Shown in pieces: positions 1 through 10,260 of a DNA stretch of 54,186 nucleotides (position 1 is its first letter; each line of letters begins with the position of its first letter). The notes below the pieces were generated by a model that saw nothing but the letters and a program-made list of their open reading frames with translations, did not search any database and had not been told where the DNA came from. This stretch comes from Octopus bimaculoides (Eukaryota): contig NC_068986.1 of the NCBI RefSeq assembly GCF_001194135.2, forward strand, positions 57,549,562-57,603,747, written 5' to 3'. The translations under genes and the position numbers were made by a program.

Positions 1-51
<51 letters not shown>

Positions 52-116
52 AGAGAGAGAGAGAAGGAGAGAGAGAGAGAAGGAGAGAGAGAGAGAAGGA
101 GAGAGAGAGAGAAAGG
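1..116. repeat. (GA)n / (GAGAAG)n microsatellite
   Basis: Directly visible near-perfect GA dinucleotide array. Confidence 0.98.
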
Positions 117-187
117 AAATGAAAACCATGAGCTTCTTTATTATTCAGTACGATGGTTTCAGGAAATTGGGAAATTTTGGGTATTTG

Positions 188-297
188 GGTATTTATTCAC
201 TATTACATGTGTTTCACTTGCTTTTGGGAGGTACAATATTATACGTGTAGGACAAACATAAAACATCTCATATTGGAAATTCTTCAGGCTTAATACC
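188..297 (-). ncRNA. Candidate degenerate type I hammerhead ribozyme with long helix II
   Basis: Minus strand reads GGTATTaagc-CTGAAGA-ATTT-(long loop)-AAGT-GAAA-C-ACAT-G-TA-atagtgaata-AATACC. The core nucleotides are canonical, but proximal stem I does not pair. Confidence 0.3.
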
Positions 298-393
298 TCG
301 CACAAATATAAAATACGAGTACTGGAGTAAGTAGATGTGCCTTAAGATGGTATAGCTTGTATCTTAACCCTATCTACATTATATATATTTGCA

Positions 394-431
<38 letters not shown>

Positions 432-469
432 ATAAAAAGTAACAACAAAAGTAACAACGTCTGTTGCTA

Positions 470-536
470 TCACTAGCCGATGGGAATGCATCGTAGCTCT
501 TCCCTTCGATATTCGAAATTCCGAGTACTAAAATGA
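470..536 (+). ncRNA. Candidate degenerate type I hammerhead ribozyme
   Basis: TCACTAG-CCGATGG-GAATgcATCG-tagctcttccctt-CGATATTC-GAAA-TTCCGAG-TA-CTAaaaTGA. Stem II has 8 bp, stem III is near-palindromic, and stem I is TAG/CTA plus TCA/TGA. The core differs from CUGANGA at positions 4 and 9. Confidence 0.5.
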
Positions 537-570
537 CAACTTTTTACAGTTTGTTCTAAACTATGACATG

Positions 571-573
<3 letters not shown>

Positions 574-620
<47 letters not shown>
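574..620. repeat. (TA)n microsatellite
   Basis: Direct. Confidence 0.98.
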
Positions 621-627
<7 letters not shown>

Positions 628-1191
628 GGTGTCTAGAAGACCTAAAGTGTGGCAGGTAGCGCTAAGTGGTATGGTAAGTTAAGTGCTATAGACAGACCGT
701 AGTTAAACTCTTGGCTCGATAGTGATACAAGTGAGGAGTTTAATGTGCCTATTAGCATGTGTATACATATATATAACTTTATTTTTCTGACGCGACTCTA
801 TCTATCTTTGTATCTTTCTCTCCATCTCGTTCTTCCTTCTGTTGTTCTGTTCTTCGCCTTTCCCCTTCACTACAATTTCTTTCACTCTTCCTCCCTGTCT
901 CACTTATATTCCTCCCCTTTTTTCTCTCTCTACTACTCTTTCTCCTTACTCTTCGCTGGTCACATGTGTCCGGCTTCTGCCTCCTTTCTTATCTTGGCTA
1001 CTGCCAAGCCAGTATGAATTTCTTCTCTCTCTCTTCCAGTTTGTCTCATCACAGCGTTTAGTATACATATATATTTTTTCACGTCTGGCCCTACTAGCCC
1101 TTTTTGTTTACTTTCATTGTTTCGTTTTCCTGTCATGTTTTCGGTTCGCCACGATATTCCTCGGCATTACAAATATAATTTGTTTCCGTGG

Positions 1192-1265
1192 GAAGAGCCA
1201 TTCTAACAATGAGTCCTGCCCTAACTCTTCGAAACGCTAAGTTTTAGAATGGTGGCAGCTGATGA
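1192..1265 (+). ncRNA. Hammerhead-like structured RNA candidate with non-canonical core
   Basis: A perfect 9-bp helix, CCATTCTAA (1198-1206) / TTAGAATGG (1244-1252), encloses CAATGA-G...C-GAAAC-gctaa-GTT. GAAGAG (1192-1197) can pair with CTCTTC (1225-1230). A canonical CTGATGA follows at 1259-1265. Confidence 0.3.
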
Positions 1266-2185
1266 AGGAAATGTTCTCTATGTGGCCTGTGTGTTTTCTG
1301 CAATCTATTTATGTTCTGTTTTTCAATTAGTACACGTTTTTTTGTGACGTCCTGAACCCAGAAATGCACATATATATACATATAGATGTAGGTATGTACA
1401 TACATGTACGTATATATGCATATACCCACAAATAATTTGTATTATATATATNNNNNNNNNNNNNNNNNNNNNNNNNNNNNNNNNNNNNNNNNNNNNNNNN
1501 NNNNNNNNNNNNNNNNNNNNNNNNNNNNNNNNNNNNNNNNNNNNNNNNNNNNNNNNNNNNNNNNNNNNNNNNNNNNNNNNNNNNNNNNNNNNNNNNNNNN
1601 NNNNNNNNNNNNNNNNNNNNNNNNNNNNNNNNNNNNNNNNNNNNNNNNNNNNNNNNNNNNNNNNNNNNNNNNNNNNNNNNNNNNNNNNNNNNNNNNNNNN
1701 NNNNNNNNNNNNNNNNNNNNNNNNNNNNNNNNNNNNNNNNNNNNNNNNNNNNNNNNNNNNNNNNNNNNNNNNNNNNNNNNNNNNNNNNNNNNNNNNTATA
1801 TATATATATATATATATATATTAGACAAAATGAGATAACAAGGCCAAGGCTGTGAAGATTCATTTAAAATACAGAGATGCCTATAATAGGACATCTGACC
1901 CGCTAGAAAGAGCAGCAAAAGACTACATACCACAAAAATAGGGATAATTTCGAAAGGGAATGAAAAATAAAAACATTTACCAATCTATATAATAATACAT
2001 AGTCTATTGACTGATTTTTACTCTCGCTAGACCACTGGTTGTAAATAACATTTCTGAAATTTTTTTTGCTACCCTATAATTTATTAATAATGATAAACAT
2101 TTTTGGCTAATTTAAGTTTGTTAACGTATGTACTATTTATTTCCTTTTGTTTATCTATGCATTGTATTATATTTTGTTCATATTG

Positions 2186-2640
2186 TTATTGGTTTATGGG
2201 GTTAGGTTTATCTTCTATTATGTGTGAGGCTTCTGTAATTTGTCTAAGTGCTGCGTCTGTTCTATGTGTGGATAAGTTTTTAATTTCTATGTTGTTGAGT
2301 AAGCCTCCGTGTTCTTGCTCAGCGTGCTGGTACAGATCTGATGAGCTCTTCCCTTCCTTAAGTTCCCTCCAATGTTCATTTACCCGCTCCCTTATGCCCG
2401 TGCTGTTTCACCTACTTACGTCGTTGTCTTGTTACTGCATCCTCCCTTTGTACATCTTATACTATAGACCAAATTTCTGGTTTTACAGTTTATTTGTGGG
2501 CTAAATCTACATACAATACAGTTCCTATCAGTGCAGGGAGTTCTACTAAAAGGGTATGTTCTACTGATAAGGGATTTGATAGGGTTGCCTGGCCTTTTAA
2601 CAACCTTAATTCTTAGCTTAAGTTTGCCTAGGGCCCTTCT
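2186..2640 (-). pseudogene. PLE GIY-YIG endonuclease domain, disrupted
   Basis: Manual translation: ...PCTDRNCIVCRFSPQINCKTRNLVYSIRCTKGGCSNKTTT*VGETARA then frameshift RERVNEHW...SDLYQHAEQEH...LRQITEASHIIEDKPNPINQ*. It shows NLVY / (Y)VGET (stop at 2416-2418) and the CCHH motif. Confidence 0.88.
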
Positions 2641-4102
2641 TTAACCGGTACGCCAGTTCGCCTCTGAGTGTGGTGTCGACGACCATGATGCTCTGGTATT
2701 TGTGACTATCATACCATGAGTTAGCCTTCCCTATTTTCTTCTTAATCCTTTCAATGGTGTTCCATGATTTGCTCCTATAGAGTAGGAAAATCCCATTCCT
2801 ATCGTTACGTTTGATGGTTTCAAATTTCTTCATAGCTCCTTTGTATACCCTGATCCTTTCTTTATGGCTGTAACCTGAGAACTGCATGCGGTGAACGAAA
2901 TGTTGTATATGGCTCTTTAATTCTGTAGGGTTGCACATGCAGGACACATTTCGCATTACTCTGACGAGGTCTGCCATCAATATATTGAATTGGACATTGT
3001 CCGCAATAGCCGAGTTCCGGTGGATCAGGTATTTGGAGGCCATAGGTTTTGTATAGTGTGAATGGAGGATTCGGGTTTTATTATTCTCAGTTTCTAGTAC
3101 AGGTAATCTATGGTTAGGGTGTTTAGTAGGGTAGTCTATCGTAACCTTAATACTCTGGTGGATGAAGTTAGCTATTTGCTGGATGCTCTCCATAGTATTA
3201 GTTTGTATTTCTATTTCAAGAGTACTCTTTTGTGGGGGTGTCTTTACCACTACGTTGATATCATCGACATATCGAGAGTACATATTCACGAGTATGGAGT
3301 TCTGTGTCAGGCGTTCCTTAAGCCTTCTGTCCCACCATACCATGAAGAGATTGGCCACATCACCGGCGATGCTTACACCGTTGGCTGCCCCCTTGTCCTG
3401 GGCGTATATTTTGTTGTTAAACTTAAATGTGTGGCCTTTTAAGGTAACTCTTATACTAGCTCCTAGCGCATGTGCGATCATTTTCTTTACCTGATGAATA
3501 GTAGCGGGGGTCCGTATGGCTCTGGTCCATCCGCTCCATCTCTCTATAGCGGTCTTCCTAGCCATAGAGGTAATTGTGGGTGGTCTACCTCTTAAACGTC
3601 TACTAGGGCAGAAACCTCTGAGGTCGTGTTTATCTAGATATACATCGACATATGTCAATCTAAGTAGAAGGCCCTGTTCTTCTGTGTTGACATTGCGGAA
3701 CTCCACTTCGCTCTCGTTGATCATCTCCACGCACTTTACCACCACAAAATCCACGTCGATAGATGGGTATAGTGATACCACATCCATACTACCCACTATA
3801 CACCCTGTCAGGTCACAGGTGTTGTTACAATCGTTGATCCTGCTGAGATCTTCCGTGCTGTCACCAACATCAAGTGAGATCCGGATTATGGGGCGTATGA
3901 TCATTGAGAGGAAGTAGGAAATCCTGTAGTTGCTAGCGACATTCGCTTCACAGACTGGTCTTGTTGGTGGTCCCACTACAGGACCAGTAGTTACATTGTG
4001 GTCCTTACGAAGCCCATACAGCCTCGGGATATCGTTGTTCCAGGCTTGGAAATTGTTGGCTGTGCGTTTCTGGGTCCCAAGAACAATTGTCCACATCATC
4101 AT
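2618..4102 (-). pseudogene. PLE reverse transcriptase reading frame (494 aa open segment)
   Basis: ORF track protein with PLE RT motifs. The frame is broken by frameshifts upstream (~4140) and downstream (~2630). Confidence 0.9.
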
Positions 4103-4894
4103 GTGGGCGTTGAGGACCTTTTCTCTCTCCTCATGCGCCTGTAAAGGTTGTTACTTTCATATTGGCGATGTGAGGTTGCATTGCCTGGATATAGTTCGGT
4201 AAGCTGTCTATTGACATCCTGCCGGACTTATCTGTGGGAAGGCATATCACTACTCCGTTCCTCGTGCGCTGCATGAGCTTGTGTAGGTCACATGCGGGTA
4301 TATTCCCAAGTTGTTGGGCCTCTGTCTTATTCTGTCTCTCTCTTAGCGTATAATTCTAAAATCTGTNNNNNNNNNNNNNNNNNNNNNNNNNNNNNNNNNN
4401 NNNNNNNNNNNNNNNNNNNNNNNNNNNNNNNNNNNNNNNNNNNNNNNNNNNNNNNNNNNNNNNNNNNNNNNNNNNNNNNNNNNNNNNNNNNNNNNNNNNN
4501 NNNNNNNNNNNNNNNNNNNNNNNNNNNNNNNNNNNNNNNNNNNNNNNNNNNNNNNNNNNNNNNNNNNNNNNNNNNNNNNNNNNNNNNNNNNNNNNNNNNN
4601 NNNNNNNNNNNNNNNNNNNNNNNNNNNNNNNNNNNNNNNNNNNNNNNNNNNNNNNNNNNNNNNNNNNNNNNNNNNNNNNNNNNNNNNNNNNNNNNNNNNN
4701 NNNNNNNNNNNNNNNNNNNNNNNNNNNNNNNNNNNNNNNNNNNNNNNNNNNNNNNNNNNNNNNNNNNNNNNNNNNNNNNNNNNNNNNNNNNNNNNNNNNN
4801 NNNNNNNNNNNNNNNNNNNNNNNNNNNNNNNNNNNNNNNNNNNNNNNNNNNNNNNNNNNNNNNNNNNNNNNNCACACGAACACACGCACGCACA

Positions 4895-4947
<53 letters not shown>

Positions 4948-7004
4948 TTGTAATGCAATGGTTGTGGGCACAGCTATTCCTCTCGTAACTAATTCATACT
5001 TTAGTTTAGTAGTTCTTGGTCTTCAAATGAGAAGTCACCAAAACTAAGTTGTTGTGCCTCATGTTTTTAAAATTTACCCTTCAAAGCTTCACAAATCCAT
5101 ATTAAGGCTAGTAACAGATGTTAGAAAAAGACGTGATAGTAACGATTTTGTTATAGACAAGTATAATTGTTGAAACAAGGTAACGATAGTTTGCTACATT
5201 TTCCCTAAATGTTTATCTTTAAAAGCATTTCTCTTTAAATGTCCGCGAAGTATGCAAATACGTCTTTCATTTACTCTTCAGTGTATGGCAAAACCAAAGA
5301 GTTTGTGGACCATTCCCGTTTTAAGGTCATAAAAATGTCGCCATAGATAATGTAGCGCTATACACACCCTTCCTGTAGAAAAGAAAAACGAAGGGAAAGA
5401 AACCCCCGTAACGCCGTCGATCACAGGTTTGGTTAGAAAAGCAGCAACTCATAAAATATTAGGTGTTATTATGAGCCAGAGTTCACGACATAAAAGTATA
5501 GGCCCGAAGTATCAAATCCCCATTCTTCCTCCTGTATACGAACTTACACAAACTCATGAACTTCACCGTATAATTTTTTTCGGCGCTGAAAGTCACTAGT
5601 TTCCTTTTCAGGGTTGTCATAAGTATAACGGTTATATATTTCGTTATGCCTTTTGCGTGAAGAATGAATATATAGCTAAGTGTGAACTAATATCATGTAG
5701 TGAGCTAAATATAATATTTTTAATCAATTAAAGTTTCAAGTGTTATGTTTGATGATAATTCTTGTCAGGAAATGGAAGGGAAACAACTGTGAAATCCAAA
5801 TTGGTTAATAATTGTATGGGAGTATTCAGTATTATCAACTACAGTAAACAAGCCATATTTTTTTCGGTCTTTTAACGGGTACCCTATTGAGCCAGCTTGC
5901 TGCGACAGTCTCTTAAATGTCTTTTTTTTTTATCGAAAATTTGTATTTCCATGACATAGACGGTAATTGACAGCAGGTATCAAGTTTCTACATTAAATGA
6001 TATTGATATTGATGATTTAAAAAAATTCACTTTAAGCCACAGCTGTTCCAGGAAATTATCCTTCTTTGTTATGTTGTTAACTAGCTGAAGTAACGCTATC
6101 ATTCAAATTCTCGTGAGTTTTAGTTAACGTGTTCAGGGTGGCTCTGTGTGGCAATTGCTCAGCTAGAAATAGCAACCACATATCCCCTTAAGGTACATCA
6201 TATCGTCTTGAATAGACAACACATTAGAATGTGCAGTCCTATCTGTGTTATTTATAATCGAAAGCTTTGACGTCACTGGCTTTGATCATAGGTCTTCCCA
6301 GCAACAATAAAAGGAAATCGCCAAAGGGATTTGTTCCTTCGTACATCTTTTGTTGCGAGGTCATCAAAACTGATGGAGAATTCATAAATTCATATCTGAA
6401 ATCTCTAATTAGAACACATTACAATGGGTTGAACTTTTACATGGTATGAGAAAGTATAAAATACTTTTGCTTAGATACATGATCACAACATCTTTATCGG
6501 GGCTTTCTCTTTCTATATTATTAGGTCAGCAAAACGGTAAAGTTGTTAGAGCATCGGACTGAATGCCTTGTTATACTTGTTCTGGGTCTCTCTGTGTTGT
6601 AAGTTTAAATTCTCTCTAGGTGCTGATGACCATGGTTAATCACGTGACCTCGAGAATATCCTATTCAACACGCCTGTCCATTTAGGACGGTTAGGCCTAC
6701 AACCAGCATAGACAATTTGGCAGTGGTTACTGAGACTTTAAACCAGCAATGGATGAAAAGTAGAACAGATGTGAATGCTAACATTATTGGGTGAAATTAT
6801 AATTCTCGTTGATTACACTCGTTGATTATCTTCAGAGATAAAGGTCAACCCTGATAATGTATATCTATGCTCAAAGACGTTTCAATCAAGCTCGTCCCAT
6901 TACCCAAGTACTACATTGTGCACGATATTCCTTTTTTTTTTAATTCTAGAAAGAGGATGGTGGGCTGTGGTTTAAGAAAGTTTGGGATACTATCACCAAA
7001 GGAT

Positions 7005-7400
7005 CAAGTCTAGATGGCAACCTGAATGCTCCTCTCTCTCCACTGAGGTGCAGCTATGTTTGAAGCGGCTGTACCACTCCTTGATCTGAAATTTAGCCAT
7101 AGCATCATTGCCAAAAGTCTGTTGAATCTTCTACATAGTTTGAGCTTTAGTATCACAAATCTTTTGACAAAATTTGATGCAATATCTCTACTCAATGCGT
7201 TCAGTGAAAACGAAACTCCGACGAGAGCATACTACACTTTTGTACTCTAGGCGTAACAGCCCGAAACTAACGCGGCCTACCAGTGCGAGAATGTTCGAGC
7301 ATGAGTTGAAAAGGTGGCGTCACCTCCCACGTAAAGGATTTTACCCACGCGGCATCAGTTTTGGCGGGAAAAAATAACGTCTGATACTTTTAGAATAAAA
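7005..7400 (-). mobile_element. Mariner 5' fragment (N-terminal HTH plus probable TIR remnant)
   Basis: Minus translation E*RYCIKFCQKICDTKAQTM*KIQQTFGNDAMAKFQIKEWYSRFKHSCTSVEREEHSG matches the mariner N-terminus. A TIR-like sequence lies at ~7370-7400. Confidence 0.75.
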
Positions 7401-8758
7401 ATAAAACAAAACGCAGAAAAATGCATTACATATATTGATAATTAAAATATCACCATTACTGCATTAAACAGGGTTCTAAAATATGTGAATGTCAAATTCT
7501 AAAATGACTTGGACAAAATTTGCTTAATCCAACTGAAAAAAAAAAGAGAAAACTTAGTAATAAAGTGAACAGGTTAAGTCACTCCTGTAGCAGTATAATG
7601 TGGAGAACAGAGGTCGGTCTGGAATGGTATGGTGAAAATAGAAGGGTCATGTGGTTTTATGACATGTCATATGATTCGGTATGAAATATTTCAAATTAAC
7701 TAGGTAACAGGTTTATTCAATCATAAAAAAGAAACTATCGATTTCTTGTGATAAATTTTTGACTGCATTTTCTAGCTGCTATAAAAAGGTGATGGCTGGA
7801 ATAAGCTGTAGAAAAAATAGAAAAAGTGGAGAACAAGGAGAACAGGATGTATACTTCAGGGTTGGACTTTGGGGGTGATTGGCAGAGTTAGTAGAGAACT
7901 GGGCAAAATGTTTTGCGGGGTGAAATTTAAATACATAGCAGTAAGTTGAAATCTAGCTCGGAGCAGCTTAATACTTTACGTTTCTAGTTTCATTAGAATG
8001 AAAATCAGTCAAACACTGATATTGATGTAATCGACTGTGCCGCTTCCTATTGTGTGACTATGTGTTTTTGTTCATATAGCAATGAAGATGAGTAGCAGGG
8101 ATCGCATGGTCGAATATCTTACAAGAGATAGAATTTAGTAATGCATTTTAACGTTCAGAATTAGTTTAGTTTAGCTTTGCATCTTTCCGAGGCTCGATAA
8201 AATAAGTGCCAACCAAGAACTTGGGTTGATTTAATCTACTGCTGCTATTCCATAATATATAACATTGTAACAATGTAGAAATCAATATTTAACCAACATA
8301 ACCAATATGACCAATATAAATATCACTGATTTTACTCCATCCTGCAAATATAGAGCTTTTGAGATGTAGATCAAGTCAATATTTTATAAATGCTAAAGAG
8401 AGAACAGTAGAGTTCGGGAGAATCACTATAATTTGCGGTTGACACTCATTCCCATATACTCGTAAATAATTATTTTTTAAATACATGTATAGATACCTCA
8501 CAGTTTCATAATCCCTCACATGTGCACATCGAATAACTTCTGCATAAAAATTATCCAAATTTTAATAAGGATCAGACTAAGAAATTATTGCGTTCAATCG
8601 CAACCATCATAATTCGCAACAACATATTTCTTATATTGCATGTATAGAGATATCAAAAATGCCCTATGCACACACATACACATTATCTATTGTCTATATA
8701 ATAATGTGGATTTATTATAATTTGTATACTATAGACACACATAATTCTACGTGTATGT

Positions 8759-9080
8759 CGGAGACCTCCTTCGGTCACGAATGACCATGGGATTGCATCT
8801 AGAAAGCTACCCTCCTGAACAAGGTTGTTTGTGGAAGACCAGCAGTCGCCCATGCATACCAGCCTCCCCTCTCTACGCCTCCGATATTATCCAAGGGAAA
8901 GGGAAAGGCCGACACAGCTTGGCACCAGTGACGTCTCAACTCATTTCTACAACAGTGAACTGGAGCAACGTGAAATACAGTGTCTTGTTCAAGAACACAA
9001 CACGCAGTTCAGTCCGGAAATCGAACTCACAACCTCACGGTCGTAAGTTCCACGATCTAACCACTGAGCCATGCGCCTTC
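8759..9080 (-). mobile_element. tRNA-derived SINE, full length with 10-bp TSD
   Basis: Minus 5' head GAAGGCGCATGGCTCAGTGGTTAG (A box) ... GAGTTCGATTTCC (B box). TSD ACGTGTATGT at 8749-8758 and 9081-9090. Confidence 0.85.
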
Positions 9081-9112
9081 ACGTGTATGTACGTATGCAT
9101 ATACATACATAG

Positions 9113-9147
<35 letters not shown>

Positions 9148-9699
9148 TACATACACACGCACACACATATATGTAGATATATATGCATACATACAACATA
9201 CAATATCATCTGTGTGGTTATAGCATACCATATAATTTTTTTATTATATCATGTAAGAGTCATTACAGATATTTACTTAAAGAAAACAACCATTACATAT
9301 ATGTTTTAATTCATTACTTTAAATACAGTGTATTATGAAGTCTTCATCGCTCTTCTGTGATTAGGTCACTGATAAATTTCCAACGCAGCTCAAAGTCAAT
9401 TGTTGTATTAATTTTTTGAAAAAGCATCGAAACTTTTTACTTATTTCTTTTTCATTTTACTCTTTTAACAGTTGTATGTCTGTGTATGTAAGTATACAAA
9501 TAAATATATCTTTATATGTAAATATATATAAACATGTATAAACATATACATACATACATTGACAGTCTCATGCGTATATATATGAGCGCGCGCACACATA
9601 TATATGCATACAAATATGCGAGTATGTATGTAATATATGTATGTGTGCATTCCAGAAGTTTTAAGACTTTTCAGGAGAGACAATTAGTAATTTCGAAGC

Positions 9700-10260
9700 A
9701 CAGAACTCTAATCTTCAAATTGGTATCCTCAGACTTCAATGCACTAATTGTTGTGCTCCAGCTAGGTCATGAAGGCCCTTTTAACTCCTCCAGCGTGAAG
9801 GTGCCCAAGACCCTCGTCACAGCCTCCTTCATCTTCTTCAACTTGGGGAACAAGCAAAAGTCGCAGGGCACAAGGTCTGGACTGTAGGGAGAGCGAGTGA
9901 TAGTTTAGATAGCCGTCTCTGTCAAGTAGTTGGTTACTGTCCTGGTGCTGGTACTCAGGCCTTTGGCGAGAAAATCTCTTCCTGAACTCCCTCAAAAACT
10001 CCACAAAGTACTTTTTGTTAACCAGAGAGAGTACAGTGGATGTTGACGACGCCTTGTTATCGAAAAAATGGGATCAACATGGGGCTTCCCGGTGGACTTG
10101 CTTTGCTTGGCCTCTTGTACCAGTGAAAAACAAGTGCTCAGCTTATACAAGTTAATCCATAATCTGTCTGGAACATTTCATAAGTTTTATGAACATTTTT
10201 GCCTAGTTTAATAGAAAATGTTATTGCATAACGAGCTTCCAAATTTTCTTCACGTCATGA
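9700..10260 (-). mobile_element. Internally deleted mariner transposase relic
   Basis: EENLEARYAITFSIKLGKNVHKTYEMFQTDYG...VFHWYKR is fused at ~10110 to AKQSKSTGK...FDNKG...VEFLREFRKRFSRQRPE and to SPYSPDLVPCDFCLFPKLKK...CIEV*GYQFED*. Confidence 0.85.

Larger units (their letters stand above)
2186..4366 (-). mobile_element. Penelope-like retroelement (RT + C-terminal GIY-YIG endonuclease), decayed, 5' end lost in assembly gap
   Basis: PTDKSG motif (~4220-4240), RT motifs GSMDVVSLYPSID, YAQDKGAANG and YSRYVDD, thumb HYTKPMASKYLIHRNS, then Cys-rich linker and GIY-YIG. It contains frameshifts and stops, and lies between microsatellite-bordered gaps. Confidence 0.93.

Noticed and set aside
745-1240. 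Hydrophobic 90-132 aa ORFs
   Set aside because: Products of CT-rich low-complexity sequence; no motifs.
1327-1933. Long ORFs spanning N runs (also at 4292-5047, 16400-16936, 22774-25385, 29444-30078, 43073-43819)
   Set aside because: Open only because N codons and microsatellites contain no stops.
2336-2344. CTGATGAG inside the PLE endonuclease region
   Set aside because: No downstream GAAA or helices; antisense to coding sequence.
3110-4202. Plus-strand ORFs overlapping the PLE
   Set aside because: Antisense shadows of the RT frame.
8995-9080. tRNA-like heads (also at 13571, 34526, 42303 etc.) as tRNA genes
   Set aside because: A/B boxes continue into SINE bodies and tails with TSDs; no complete cloverleaf acceptor stem.
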